In this document: piece after piece, positions 27,801-38,835 of the stretch
How the letters are laid out: every line of letters begins with the position of its first letter
Numbering within the stretch: the stretch's first letter is position 1
Notes under the pieces: model-generated
What the model was told of the DNA's origin: nothing
The model's database searches: none
The model's input: only the letters and a program-made list of their open reading frames with translations
Program-made: the position numbers and the translations under genes
NCBI GenBank assembly: GCA_950097015.1
Contig: CATNEN010000039.1
Location: 17,608,001 to 17,672,000 of the forward strand
Length of the DNA stretch: 64,000 nt
DNA from: Macrostomum hystrix
Lineage: Eukaryota; Animalia; Platyhelminthes
Direction: 5' to 3'

Positions 27801-30800
27801 GGGCGGATTGTCTTTGGGCGCAGTGTCTTTGGGCGGAGTGTCTTTGGGCGAAGTGTCTTTGGGCGGAGTGTCTTTGGGAGGAGTATCTTTGGTCGGAGAG
27901 ACTTTGGGCGGAGAGACTTTGGGCGGAGTGACTTTGGGCGGAGTGACTTTGGGCGGAGTGACTTGGCGGAGTGGCTTTGGGCGGAGTGGCTTTGGTCGGA
28001 TTCACATTTGGCGGAGTGGCTTTGGGCGGAGTGGCTTTGGGCGGAGTGACTTTGGGCGGAGTTGCTCTGGGCGGAGTGACTTTGGGCGGAGTGAATTTGG
28101 GCGGAGTGACTTTAGGCAGAGTGACTTTGGGCAGAGTGGCTTTGGGCGGATTCACATTGGGCGGATTCATACTGGGCGGAGTGTCCCTGTTTGGATTCGC
28201 ACTGGGCGGAGTGACTTTGGGCGGAGTGACTTTGGGCGGAGTGACTTTGGGCGGAGTGACTTTGGGCGGAGTGGCTTTGGGCGTATTTACATTGGGCGGA
28301 GTGACTTTGGGCGGAGTGACTTTGGGCGGAGAGACTTTGGGCGGAGTGGCTTTGGGCGTATTCACATTGGGCGGAGTGACTTTGGGCGGAGTGACTTTGG
28401 GCGCTGTGACTTTGGGCGGAGTGACTTTTGGCGGATTGTCTTTATGCGGAGTAGTGTCCTTCGGTGGAGTGTCTTTGGGCGGTGTGAATTTGGGCGGAGT
28501 GACTTTGGGCAGAGTGGCTTTCGGTGGAGTGGCTTTGGGCGGAGTGACTTTGGGCGGATTCACATTGGGCGGATTCACACTGGGCGAAGTGTCTTTGTTT
28601 GGATTCACACTGGGCGGATTGACTTTGGGCGGAGTGACTTTGGGCGGAGTGACTTGGCGGAGTGGCTTTGGGCGGATTCACATTGGGCGGAGGGACTTTG
28701 GGCGGAGAGACTTTGGGCGGAGTGACTTTGGGCGGAGTGAATTTGGGCGGAGTGACTTTGGGCGGAGTAACTTTGGGCGGAGTGACTTTGGGCGGAGTGG
28801 CTTTGGGCGGAATGGCTTTGGGCGGAGTGACTTTGGGCGGAGTGACTTTGGGCGGAGAGACTTTGGGCGGAGTGACTTTGGGCGGGGAGACTTTGGGCGG
28901 AGTGACTTTGGGCGGAGTGACTTTGGGCGGAGTGACTTTGGGCGGAGTGACTTGGCGGAGTGGCTTTGGGCGGAGTGGCTTTGGGCGGAGTGACTTTGGG
29001 CGGAGTGGCTTTGGTCGGATTCACATTTGGCGGAGTGGCTTTGGGCGGAGTGGCTTTGGGCGGAGTGACTTTGGGCGGAGTTGCTCTGGGCGGAGTGACT
29101 TTGGGCGGAGTGAATTTGGGCGGATTCACATTGGGCGGATTCATACTGGGCGGAGTGTCTCTGTTTGGATTCGCACTGGGCGGAGTGACTTTGGGCGGAG
29201 TGACTTTGGGCGGAGTGACTTTGGGCGGAGTGGCTTTGGGCGGATTTACATTGGGCGGAGTGACTTTGGGCGGAGTGACTTTCGGCGGAGAGACTTTGGG
29301 CGGAGTGGCTTTGGGCGTATTCACATTGGGCGGAGTGACTTTGGGCGGAGTGACTTTGGGCGGAGAGACTTTGGGCGGAGTGGCTTTGGGCGGATTCACA
29401 TTGGGCGGAGTGACTTTGGGCGGAGTGACTTTTGGCGCTGTGACTTTGGGCGGAGTGACTTTGGGCGGAGTGACTTTGGGCGGAGTGACTTTGGGCGGAG
29501 TGGCTTTGGGCGGATTTACATTGGGCGGAGTGACTTTGGGCGGAGTGACTTTGGGCGGAGAGACTTTGGGCGGAGTGGCTTTGGGCGTATTCACATTGGG
29601 CGGAGTGACTTTGGGCGGAGTGACTTTGGGCGGAGAGACTTTGGGCGGAGTGGCTTTGGGCGGATTCACATTGGGCGGAGTGACTTTGGGCGGAGTGACT
29701 TTTGGCGCTGTGACTTTGGGCGGAGTGACTTTTTGCGGAGTAGTGTCCTTCGGTGGAGTGTCTTTGGGCGGAGTGTCTTTGGGCAGAGTGACTTTGGGCG
29801 GAGTGTCTTTGGGCGGAGTGTCTTTAGGCGGAGTGTCTTTGGGCGGAGTGTCTTTGGGCATAGTGACTTTGGGCGGAGTGTCTTTGGGCGGATTGTCTTT
29901 GGGCGCAGTGTCTTTGGGCGGAGTGTCTTTGGGCGAAGTGTCTTTGGGCGGAGTGTCTTTGGGAGGAGTATTTTTGGTCGGAGAGACTTTGGGCGGAGTG
30001 GCTTCGGGCGGATTCATATTGGGCGGAGTGACTTTGGGTGGAGTTACTTTTGGCGGAGTGGCTTTGGTCGGATTCACATTTGGCGGAGTGGCTTTGGGCG
30101 GAGTGGCTTTGGGCGGAGTGACTTGGCGGAGTGGCTTTGGGCGGATTCACATTGGGCGGAGGGACTTTGGGCGGAGAGACTTTGGGCGGAGTGACTTTGG
30201 GCGGAGTGAATTTGGGCGGAGTGACTTTGGGCGGAGTAACTTTGGGCGGAGTGACTTTGGGCGGAGTGGCTTTGGGCGGAATGGCTTTGGGCGGAGTGAC
30301 TTTGGGCGGAGTGACTTTGGGCGGAGAGACTTTGGGCGGAGTGACTTTGGGCGGGGAGACTTTGGGCGGAGTGACTTTGGGCGGAGTGACTTTGGGCGGA
30401 GTGACTTTGGGCGGAGTGACTTGGCGGAGTGGCTTTGGGCGGAGTGGCTTTGGGCGGAGTGACTTTGGGCGGAGTGGCTTTGGTCGGATTCACATTTGGC
30501 GGAGTGGCTTTGGGCGGAGTGGCTTTGGGCGGAGTGACTTTGGGCGGAGTTGCTCTGGGCGGAGTGACTTTGGGCGGAGTGAATTTGGGCGGAGTGACTT
30601 TGGGCAGAGTGACTTTGGGCAGAGTGACTTTGGGCGGATTCACTTTGGGCGGATTCATACTGGGCGGAGTGTCTCTGTTTGGATTTGCACTGGGCGGAGT
30701 GACTTTGGGCGGAGTGACTTTGGGCGGAGTGACTTTGGGCGGAGTGGCTTTGGGCGGATTTACATTGGGCGGAGTGACTTTGGGCGGAGTAACTTTGGGC

Positions 30801-33800
30801 GGAGAGACTTTGGGCGGAGTGGCTTTGGGCGTATTCACATTGGGCGGAGTGACTTTGGGCGGAGTGACTTTGGGCGGAGAGACTTTGGGCGGAGTGGCTT
30901 TGGGCGGATTCACATTGGGCGGAGTGACTTTGGGCGGAGTGACTTTTGGCGCTGTGACTTTGGGCGGAGTGACTTTGGGCGGATTTACATTGGGCGGAGT
31001 GACTTTGGGCGGAGTGACTTTGGGCGGAGAGACTTTGGGCGGAGTGGCTTTGGGCGTATTCACATTGGGCGGAGTGACTTTGGGCGGAGTGACTTTGGGC
31101 GGAGAGACTTTGGGCGGAGTGGCTTTGGGCGGATTCACATTGGGCGGAGTGACTTTGGGCGGAGTGACTTTTGGCGCTGTGACTTTGGGCGGAGTGACTT
31201 TTTGCGGAGTAGTGTCCTTCGGTGGAGTGTCTTTGGGCGGAGTGTCTTTGGGCAGAGTGACTTTGGGCGGAGTGTCTTTGGGCGGAGTGTCTTTGGGCGG
31301 AGTGTCTTTGGGCGGAGTGTCTTTGGGCATAGTGACTTTGGGCGGAGTGTCTTTGGGCGGATTGTCTTTGGGCGCAGTGTCTTTGGGCGGAGTGTCTTTG
31401 GGCGAAGTGTCTTTGGGCGGAGTGTCTTTGGGAGGAGTATCTTTGGTCGGAGAGACTTTGGGCGGAGTGGCTTCGGGCGGATTCATATTGGGCGGAGTGA
31501 CTTTGGGTGGAGTTACTTTTGGCGGAGTGGCTTTGGTCGGATTCACATTTGGCGGAGTGGCTTTGGGCGGAGTGGCTTTGGGCGGAGTGACTTTGGGCGG
31601 AGTGGATTGGCCGCAGTGACTTTGAGCGGAGTGACTTTGGGCGGAGTGGCTCTAGGCGGAGTGACTTTGAGCGGAGTGACTTTGGGCGGAGTGACTTTTG
31701 GCGGATTGTCTTTATGCGGAGTAGTGTCCTTCGGTGGAGTGTCTTTGGGCGGAGTGTCTTTGGGCGGAGTGACTTTGGGCGGAGTGGCTTTGGGCGGAGT
31801 GACTTTGGGCGGAGTGACTTTGGGCGGAGTGGCTTTGGTCGGATTCACATTTGGCGGAGTGCCTTTGGGCGGAGTGACTTTGGGCGGAGTGGCTCTGGGC
31901 GGAGTGACTTTGGGCGATGTGAATTTGGGCGGAGTGACTTTGGGCGGATTCACATTGGGCGGATTCACACTGGGCGAAGTGTCATTGTTTGGATTCACAC
32001 TGGGCGGATTGACTTTCGGCGGAGGGACTTTGGGCGGAGTGGCTTGGCCGGAGTGACTTTGGACGGAGTGAATTTGGGCGGAGTGACTTTGGGCAGAGTG
32101 GCTTTGGGTGGAGTGGATTTGGGCGGATTCACGTTGGGCGGATTCATACTGGGCGGAGTGTCTCTGTTTGGATTCGCACTGGGCGGATTGACTTTGGGCG
32201 GAGTGACTTTGGGCGGAGTGACTCTGGGCGGAGTGACTTTGGGCGGAGTGAATTTGGGCGGAGTGACTTTGGGCGGAGTGGCTTTGGTCGGATTCACATT
32301 TGGCGGAGTGGCTTTGGGCGGAGTGGCTTTGGGCGGAGTGAATTTGGGCGGAGTGACTTTGGGCAGAGTGACTTTGGGCAGAGTGGGTTTGGGCGGATTC
32401 ACATTGGGCGGATTCACACTGGGCCAAGTGTCATTGTTTGGATTCACACTGGGCGGATTGACTTTCGGCGGAGGGACTTTGGGCGGAGTGGCTTGGCCGG
32501 AGTGACTTTGGACGGAGTGGCTTTGGGCGGAGTGGCTTTGGGCGGATTCACATTGGGCGGAGTGACTTTGGGCGGAGTGACTTTTGGCGGATTGTCTTTA
32601 TGCGGAGTAGTGTCCTTCGGTGGAGTGTCTTTGGGCGGAGTGTCTTTGGGCGGAGTGACTTTGGGCGGAGTGGCTTTGGGCGGAGTGACTTTGGGCGGAG
32701 TGACTTTGGGCGGAGTGGCTTTGGTCGGATTCACATTTGGCGGAGTGCCTTTGGGCGGAGTGACTTTGGGCGGAGTGGCTCTGGGCGGAGTGACTTTGGG
32801 CGATGTGAATTTGGGCGGAGTGACTTTGGGCGGAGTGACTTTGGGCGGAGTGACTTTGGGCGGAGTGACTTGGCGGAGTGGCTTTGGGCGGAGTGGCTTT
32901 GGGCGGAGTGACTTTGGGCGGAGTGGCTTTGGTCGGATTCACATTTGGCGGAGTGGCTTTGGGCGGAGTGGCTTTGGGCGGAGTGACTTTGGGCGGAGTG
33001 GCTCTGGGCGGAGTGACTTTGGGCGGAGTGAATTTGGGCGGAGTGACTTTGGGCGGAGTGGCTTTGGGCGTATTCACATTGGGCGGAGTGACTTTGGGCG
33101 GAGTGGCTTTGGTCGGATTCACATTTGGCGGAGTGGCTTTGGGCGGAGTGGCTTTGGGCGGAGTGACTTTGGGCGGAGTGACTTTGGGCGGAGAGACTTT
33201 GGGCGGAGTGACTTTGGGCGGAGTGACTTTGGGCGGAGTGACTTTGGGCGGAGTGACTTGGCGGAGTGGCTTTGGGCGGAGTGGCTTTGGGCGGAGGGAC
33301 TTTGGGCGGAGAGACTTTGTGCGGAGAGACTTTGGGCGGAGTGGCTCTGGGCGGAGTGACTTTGGGCGGAGTGAATTTGGGCGGAGAGACTTTGGGCGGA
33401 GTGGCTTTGGGCGTATTCACATTGGGCGGAGTGACTTTGGGCGGAGTGACTTTGGGCGGAGTGACTTGGCGGAGTGGCTTTGGGCGGAGTGGCTTTGGGC
33501 GGAGTGACTTTGGGCGGAGTGACTTTGGGCGGAGTGACTTTGGGCGGAGTGACTTGGCGGAGTGGCTTTGGGCGGAGTGGCTTTGGGCGGAGTGACTTTG
33601 GGCGGAGTGGCTTTGGTCGGATTCACATTTGGCGGAGTGGCTTTGGGCGGAGTGGCTTTGGGCGGAGTGACTTTGGGCGGAGTGGCTTTGGGCGGAGTGA
33701 CTTTGGGCGGAGTGACTTTGGGCGGAGTGAATTTGGGCGGAGTGACTTTGGGCAGAGTGACTTTGGGCAGAGTGGCTTTGGGCGGATTCACATTGGGCGG

Positions 33801-35006
33801 ATTCATACTGGGCGGAGTGTCTCTGTTTGGATTCGCACTGGGCGGAGTGACTTTGGGCGGAGTGACTTTGGGCGGAGTGACTTTGGGCGGAGTGGCTTTG
33901 GGCGGATTCACATTGGGCGGAGGGACTTTGGGCGGAGAGACTTTGTGCGGAGAGACTTTGGGCGGAGTGGCTTTGGGCGGATTCACATTGGGCGGAGTGA
34001 CTTTGGGCGGAGAGACTTTTCGGCGGAGTGGCTTTGGGCGTATTCACATTGGGCGGAGTGACTTTGGGCGGAGTGGCTTTGGGCGGATTCACATTGGGCG
34101 GTGTGACTTTGGGCGGAGTGACTTTTGGCGCTGTGACTTTGGGCGGAGTGACTTTTGGCGGATTGTCTTTATGCGGAGTAGTGTCCTTCGGTGGAGTGTC
34201 TTTGGGCGGAGTGTCTTTGGGCAGAGTGACTTTAGGCGGAGTGTCTTTGGGCGGAGTGTCTTTGGGCGGAGTGTCTTTGGGCATAGTGACTTTGGGCGGA
34301 GTGTCTTTGGGCGGATTGTCTTTGGGCGCAGTGTCTTTGGGCGGAGTGTCTTTGGGCGAAGTGTCTTTGGGCGGAGTGTCTTTGGGCGGAGTGTCTTTGG
34401 GAGGAGTGTCTTTGGTCGGAGAGACTTTGGGCGGAGTGGCTTTGGGCGGATTCATATTGGGCGGAGTGACTTTGGGTGGAGTTACTTTTGGCGGAGTGGC
34501 TTTGGTCGGATTCACATTTGGCGGAGTGGCTTTGGTCGGATTCACATTTGGCGGAGTGGCTTTGGGCGGAGTGGCTTTGGGCGGAGTGACTTTGGGCGGA
34601 GTGGATTGGCCGCAGTGACTTTGGACGGAGTGACTTTAGGCGGAGTGTCTTTGGGCGGATTCACTTTGGGCGGAGTGCCTTTGGGCGGAGTGACTTTGGG
34701 CGGAGAGACTTTATAAGGAGTGACTGGGCGGAGTGAATTGGCCGCAGTAACTTTGGACGGAGTGACTTTGGGCGCTGTGACTTTGGGCGCTGTGACTTTG
34801 GGCGAAGCGACTTTGGGTGGAGTGACTTTGGGCGAATCAAATTTGGGCGGAGTGACTTTGGGCGGAGTGACTTTGGGCGTTGTAAATAGGGGCGGAGCTA
34901 TTTTTTATGCATTCACATCGGGCGGAGTGACCTTGGGTGGAGTGTCTTTGGGCGGAGTGTCTTTGTTTAGATTCACACTGGTCGGAGTGACTTTAGGGCG
35001 CAGTGA
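3896..35006. repeat. ~31 kb satellite of 15-bp units (consensus GGCGGAGTGACTTTG, roughly 2000 copies) with higher-order repeats
   Basis: 15-bp periodicity is directly visible, with recurrent variants (GTGGCT, GAGACT, TTCACA, GTGTCT, GTGAAT) and 13-, 14- and 18-bp units. Identical or near-identical ORFs recur at offsets of 2230, 1500, 3863, 5509 and 3239 bp. The right edge is degenerate. Confidence 0.98.
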
Positions 35007-35848
35007 TTATTGTTGGGTTTTCTATAGCGGGTCATTGGATCTGGGATTTTAACTGTTGGTGAAGCCGCTGTGTAGGCCTCTAAAAGAAATCTATCATTTT
35101 ATCTCTAGATAGCCCCAAAATGTAGGTATCGGTATAGTTAAAGCTACTCATTAGTAGGATAGTTAGCCAAATTAAATAGAATATATATATCTCGTAAAAT
35201 GTTCCTGACAATTGTATTAAAATTTATTTAAATTAGCAGCAGCACGGTTTTAGAATCGCGACCATAGCAACTTGTTGTCAAATTATTATGGCATGGCACA
35301 GTTAATTGAATTAGAATTCTCAGTTAGCTAAAGTGCTCACACATTAATCGACGTTTTCACCTTTTGACCTTTAACAGACTTTTGCAATGTTGTTGGAATT
35401 TGCTTGGGCGAGTTCAAACTAAAAGGCTTGTTAAGGTGCAACTGAAAATATTTAAAAACTAATTTTGAATGACAAATTTTCGAGTTAACGGTTAATTAAT
35501 TTGACTTTCATGACAAGTAAAAACCAAAGATCGACAGGTAGACGGCGAACAGATGGATGGAGAACAGGTTAATCCGATTCTTGGTTTTAAAAAATGAATT
35601 TAATCTGCTTTTTCCTTAGACATTTTTTGTGTGATTTTTTTGGCTGAAAGAATTCATTAAAATATTATTGAATCACAATTCTGTGATAACATAATTTATA
35701 GCCCAGCAGTTTTTTCGTTGTAAAATAATATGATGTTAGTTACCAGATTAAAAGCAATTTTCTTAGAGTTTACCTATGCACTACACTAAAGTACTGCTAA
35801 ATCTAATTCTATAGTTTATAGTCAGATACTTTTGACAAAACAAATGTC

Positions 35849-35854
35849 TTTATT
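35849..35854 (-). terminator. Polyadenylation signal of the Vav-like gene
   Basis: AATAAA on the minus strand about 48 nt downstream of the TAA stop at 35902. Confidence 0.6.
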
Positions 35855-35901
35855 TAGTCGTTTTAGTCACAGCAACCTCCGCAACCTTCACTGCCCAGTT
35901 T

Positions 35902-37830
35902 TTACACCTGGTCATAGACGAACACGCTGTCATCTGCCGGATTCCGCGTCTGGTCGTCAGGGACTGACTGCAGCTGCTGGCGGACCGTCCTTCTTGGCAC
36001 CATCGGCGGTCGCAGATCGGCCGCACTGGCCACTGCCAGAGCCTGCACTTGCTGACGAGCCGCTACTGAGGCGCTCAGCGACTGGCTTCGGCTGACGGCA
36101 TGGCCAGCCGGCTGGCAGGGCCTCTGGAATGTGCCGATGCAAGCCTGGTCGAGCTTCAGGCCGCAGGGTCCGCGGCAGGCGTAGCTGAAGCCAACAAGAG
36201 GCCGGCTGCATCGGAAGCAGCCCTCGGCGATAGTTTCCGGGCCGAATAATTTCTGCTCGAAAATGTGCCCCTCTCCGCTGGCTTTGGGAAATCTGGCGCT
36301 CTTTGCCCTGCGGCCGGCTTCCAGCCAGGCCAGGTAGTCGTCGCGGGAGTCGCTGACTAGCAAGAGGTGCGTCCGCTGCTGCTGGACACGGAAGGCATTA
36401 GGTATGGTCTCCTGCGGCAGGAACTCCGTGTCCGGGGTCACGTTGAGGATCCATTCAACTGCGCCTGTGTCAGGGTTGGACAGCACTAGGGCTGCGTCCC
36501 ATAGGTGACAGCGGAGTCTTTGTCGGCGCTGTGGCTCGGACTCAGTTGTCACCTGGCTCACCAAATTCTGCTGCTGCAGTTGTCCCAGGTTTTCAAAGTT
36601 CAATTTGGTCCTGGCGTCTGAGTTGAGGCTGTTCAACGCTGCCAAGCTCGGCTTCACCTGCTTTTCAAGTCGATCCAGGTGCAGCTCAAGCCGCATGTCC
36701 AGCTCTGCCACGAGTTGCTTGGCTTTGCTTAACGATTCGCTGTGGCCCCGATCCACCATCTGGGAGATGCTCTTCAGCAGGCTTTTGACATGAAAGGCAG
36801 GCAGGAGCTGCAGATGCTCCATGTCGCGGCTGGACCAAGCGGGGTCATCTGAGTTCAGCCGCTTCAGCGCCAGTCGTACTTGCCGCAGCCTTCGAGGCTC
36901 CTCCTGCGTCAGCTGACGCACCGCTGGAGCAGACTGCAGCTGCCACTCTGTCATCTGACCAGCGTGTAGCGCGCCAAGCTCCGGGCCGTGTTTCTGCAGC
37001 GCAGCCTCTAGCCGGCCGCCTATGTCGGCTGTCAAAGACGCGTCGGGACTGTTCAGTTCTGCTCTGATCTGGCTGTATTTGCTCAGCAGCCTGCCGTGGT
37101 AGCTGAATGCTTTCACAACCGTGTCCTGTGGCCAGTAGGACAGAGGTGACTTGGCTAGCAATTCGCTTACAGCCAGCCCCATCCGGTAACAGTTGATGAT
37201 CTGCACCAGCTCCAGTTCAACAGGACTGGCAGCGTCTGGCACTGAGAGGCGCAGCATGTCGACGAATCCGCCGGTGTTTCGCAGATCAAAGCGCGGCAAA
37301 GCGTAGTCTCGCGCAGTCACGCCCTTCCAACTCGACAGGCCGTGCAGGCAGCGAGCGATCAGGTCGGCGCTGATTTTCGTTGCGTCACAATTGGCACCCA
37401 GAGCGTCCGGGAACTTCGAGCGACACCAAGCGACGAAGGCGGGTAGGGCGCCGCCCGGAGCACCGCAGAATTTAGGCGCGTCGGCGGGTTTAACACCGAC
37501 CCGACTGATCAGCCCGTCCAGCAGCTGTCCATCGTTCAGCGCCATAATTAGGGATCTCTCGCTGAGCATCGGCGAGCGCAGCAACGCCATGCACTGTACA
37601 CTGGCTTCGTCAGCTCGATCAGGAACGAGCTCCGTGTCCAACAGCAAGGCGATCCACTTCACGCAGCTCTGAATTAGCTCCTGCTCAGCGGCCACTGAGC
37701 CTACGCTGCTCATCTTCCTGTTGTGGACAAGAATCGCTTGAAAATAAGTAATTGAGTTGCCGAGCTCTGCTTTGGCAGTCGGAAACTCCGCAGCTCTGGC
37801 AGTTGGCGTGACTTTGTTGTCATTTATCAT
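35902..37830 (-). CDS. Divergent Vav-like protein (CH - degenerate DH - PH - C1), 642 aa, single coding exon
   Basis: Long GC-rich non-repetitive ORF. CH motifs ELIQSCVKWI / LIMALNDGQLL / FVAWCRSKF / LHGLSSW parallel Vav ELWRQCTHWL / LAQALRDGVLL / FLSTCCEKF / LSALSW. The PH terminal helix reads SRDDYLAWLEA. The C1 segment GHIF...CFRC...CRGPC...DQAC...PC parallels Vav GHDF...CKAC...CHRC...HKEC...PC. A splice acceptor (TC)nTTAG lies at 37846-37845, 14 nt before the ATG. The true start could be Met40. Confidence 0.85.
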   Translation of the reverse strand: MINDNKVTPTARAAEFPTAKAELGNSITYFQAILVHNRKMSSVGSVAAEQELIQSCVKWIALLLDTELVPDRADEASVQCMALLRSPMLSERSLIMALNDGQLLDGLISRVGVKPADAPKFCGAPGGALPAFVAWCRSKFPDALGANCDATKISADLIARCLHGLSSWKGVTARDYALPRFDLRNTGGFVDMLRLSVPDAASPVELELVQIINCYRMGLAVSELLAKSPLSYWPQDTVVKAFSYHGRLLSKYSQIRAELNSPDASLTADIGGRLEAALQKHGPELGALHAGQMTEWQLQSAPAVRQLTQEEPRRLRQVRLALKRLNSDDPAWSSRDMEHLQLLPAFHVKSLLKSISQMVDRGHSESLSKAKQLVAELDMRLELHLDRLEKQVKPSLAALNSLNSDARTKLNFENLGQLQQQNLVSQVTTESEPQRRQRLRCHLWDAALVLSNPDTGAVEWILNVTPDTEFLPQETIPNAFRVQQQRTHLLLVSDSRDDYLAWLEAGRRAKSARFPKASGEGHIFEQKLFGPETIAEGCFRCSRPLVGFSYACRGPCGLKLDQACIGTFQRPCQPAGHAVSRSQSLSASVAARQQVQALAVASAADLRPPMVPRRTVRQQLQSVPDDQTRNPADDSVFVYDQV

Positions 37831-38812
37831 CGCTAGCCGCGAGTCTAAGAGAGAGAGAGATCTAATTGTTAAGAAACTCGCAAGATGTGCGCATCAACCG
37901 ACTGTACGTAATTCACATAGTATGTTCGAGGTTGTACATTGTTTATAGCAATAGTCTTTGAGTATACTGCAGAGACTGCTCAATTTCGTACGCATTTTCT
38001 TTCGACTAGCCTGCACAGCTAAAGCAGTGTAAGGGCTAAAGGGGGGCATTATGAGAATTGCGCATCCTTGTTTTTAGACTCATCGCGGTATGAGTTTAGA
38101 TCCGTGAGTCTAATCAAGTATACTTGTAGTATAACAAAATTATTTTTTGTTATGTTGATCACAAGAAAGTGGATTCGGTTTTGGCCTGGCTCAGGTGTGC
38201 CTCAATAAGTCGGGGAATTGTTTTTCAGAAATTTTTGTTCTTGGCACCTTCGTGCAGCCTTGTGAGAGAATTAAGCGGGTCAGATGGGATTTGGCGCGTG
38301 TTTGCTTGAGTCGTCGAGGCCGACTTTACCGACTGGTTGATTTTGGAACCGTGTGGAATTAGTCCGTAATCCTTAGTGCGAGGGCAACTCAGTGCAAAAT
38401 CAAACATTATTATTATTCGAAAATTATTATTTAGAAAATAGAAGAAAAGAAAATTCGAATTGTTTTTTTGCCTATTTTTAGTCCTCCTTGGTCCGAAATA
38501 GAAGACAAGCCCTTTCAAATTCAACAAAAATTTTTTGAAGCAATTCTTTTCCCCAGATTTTTTCATAATCTTCCTACATACACTATTAACCCTTTACCTT
38601 TTTTCAGCTCAACAAACTGTAAGATTAATGGGCACCAGCATCAGCTGGCGGTAGAAGACTCCACAGTCCATGGACTGAACAGCTGTGTATACGCATACGC
38701 TCGTACTTTCGAAGTTCCGCACACTAGCTCCGGCTGTGCCCACTGCCTGTACATCTGATTCAACTAGGTGAGTGTTGTGTATGCGGCTTGCATGCCGCCT
38801 AGAGTGCAAGCG

Positions 38813-38835
38813 CACGTGACGCGTTGTGATTGGCT
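38813..38835 (-). promoter_or_regulatory. E-box plus CCAAT box, candidate promoter of the Vav-like gene
   Basis: CACGTG at 38813-38818 and AGCCAATCA (minus strand) at 38835-38827, about 1 kb upstream of the coding exon. Confidence 0.35.

Noticed and set aside
3865-35052. The many ORFs with GGVTL, GRSDF, KVTPP and SHSAQ repeats as real genes (pentapeptide-repeat or mucin proteins)
   Set aside because: They arise because a 15-bp unit is stop-free in five frames. ORFs overlap on both strands, switch register at 13/14-bp units, and have no signal peptide or unique domains.
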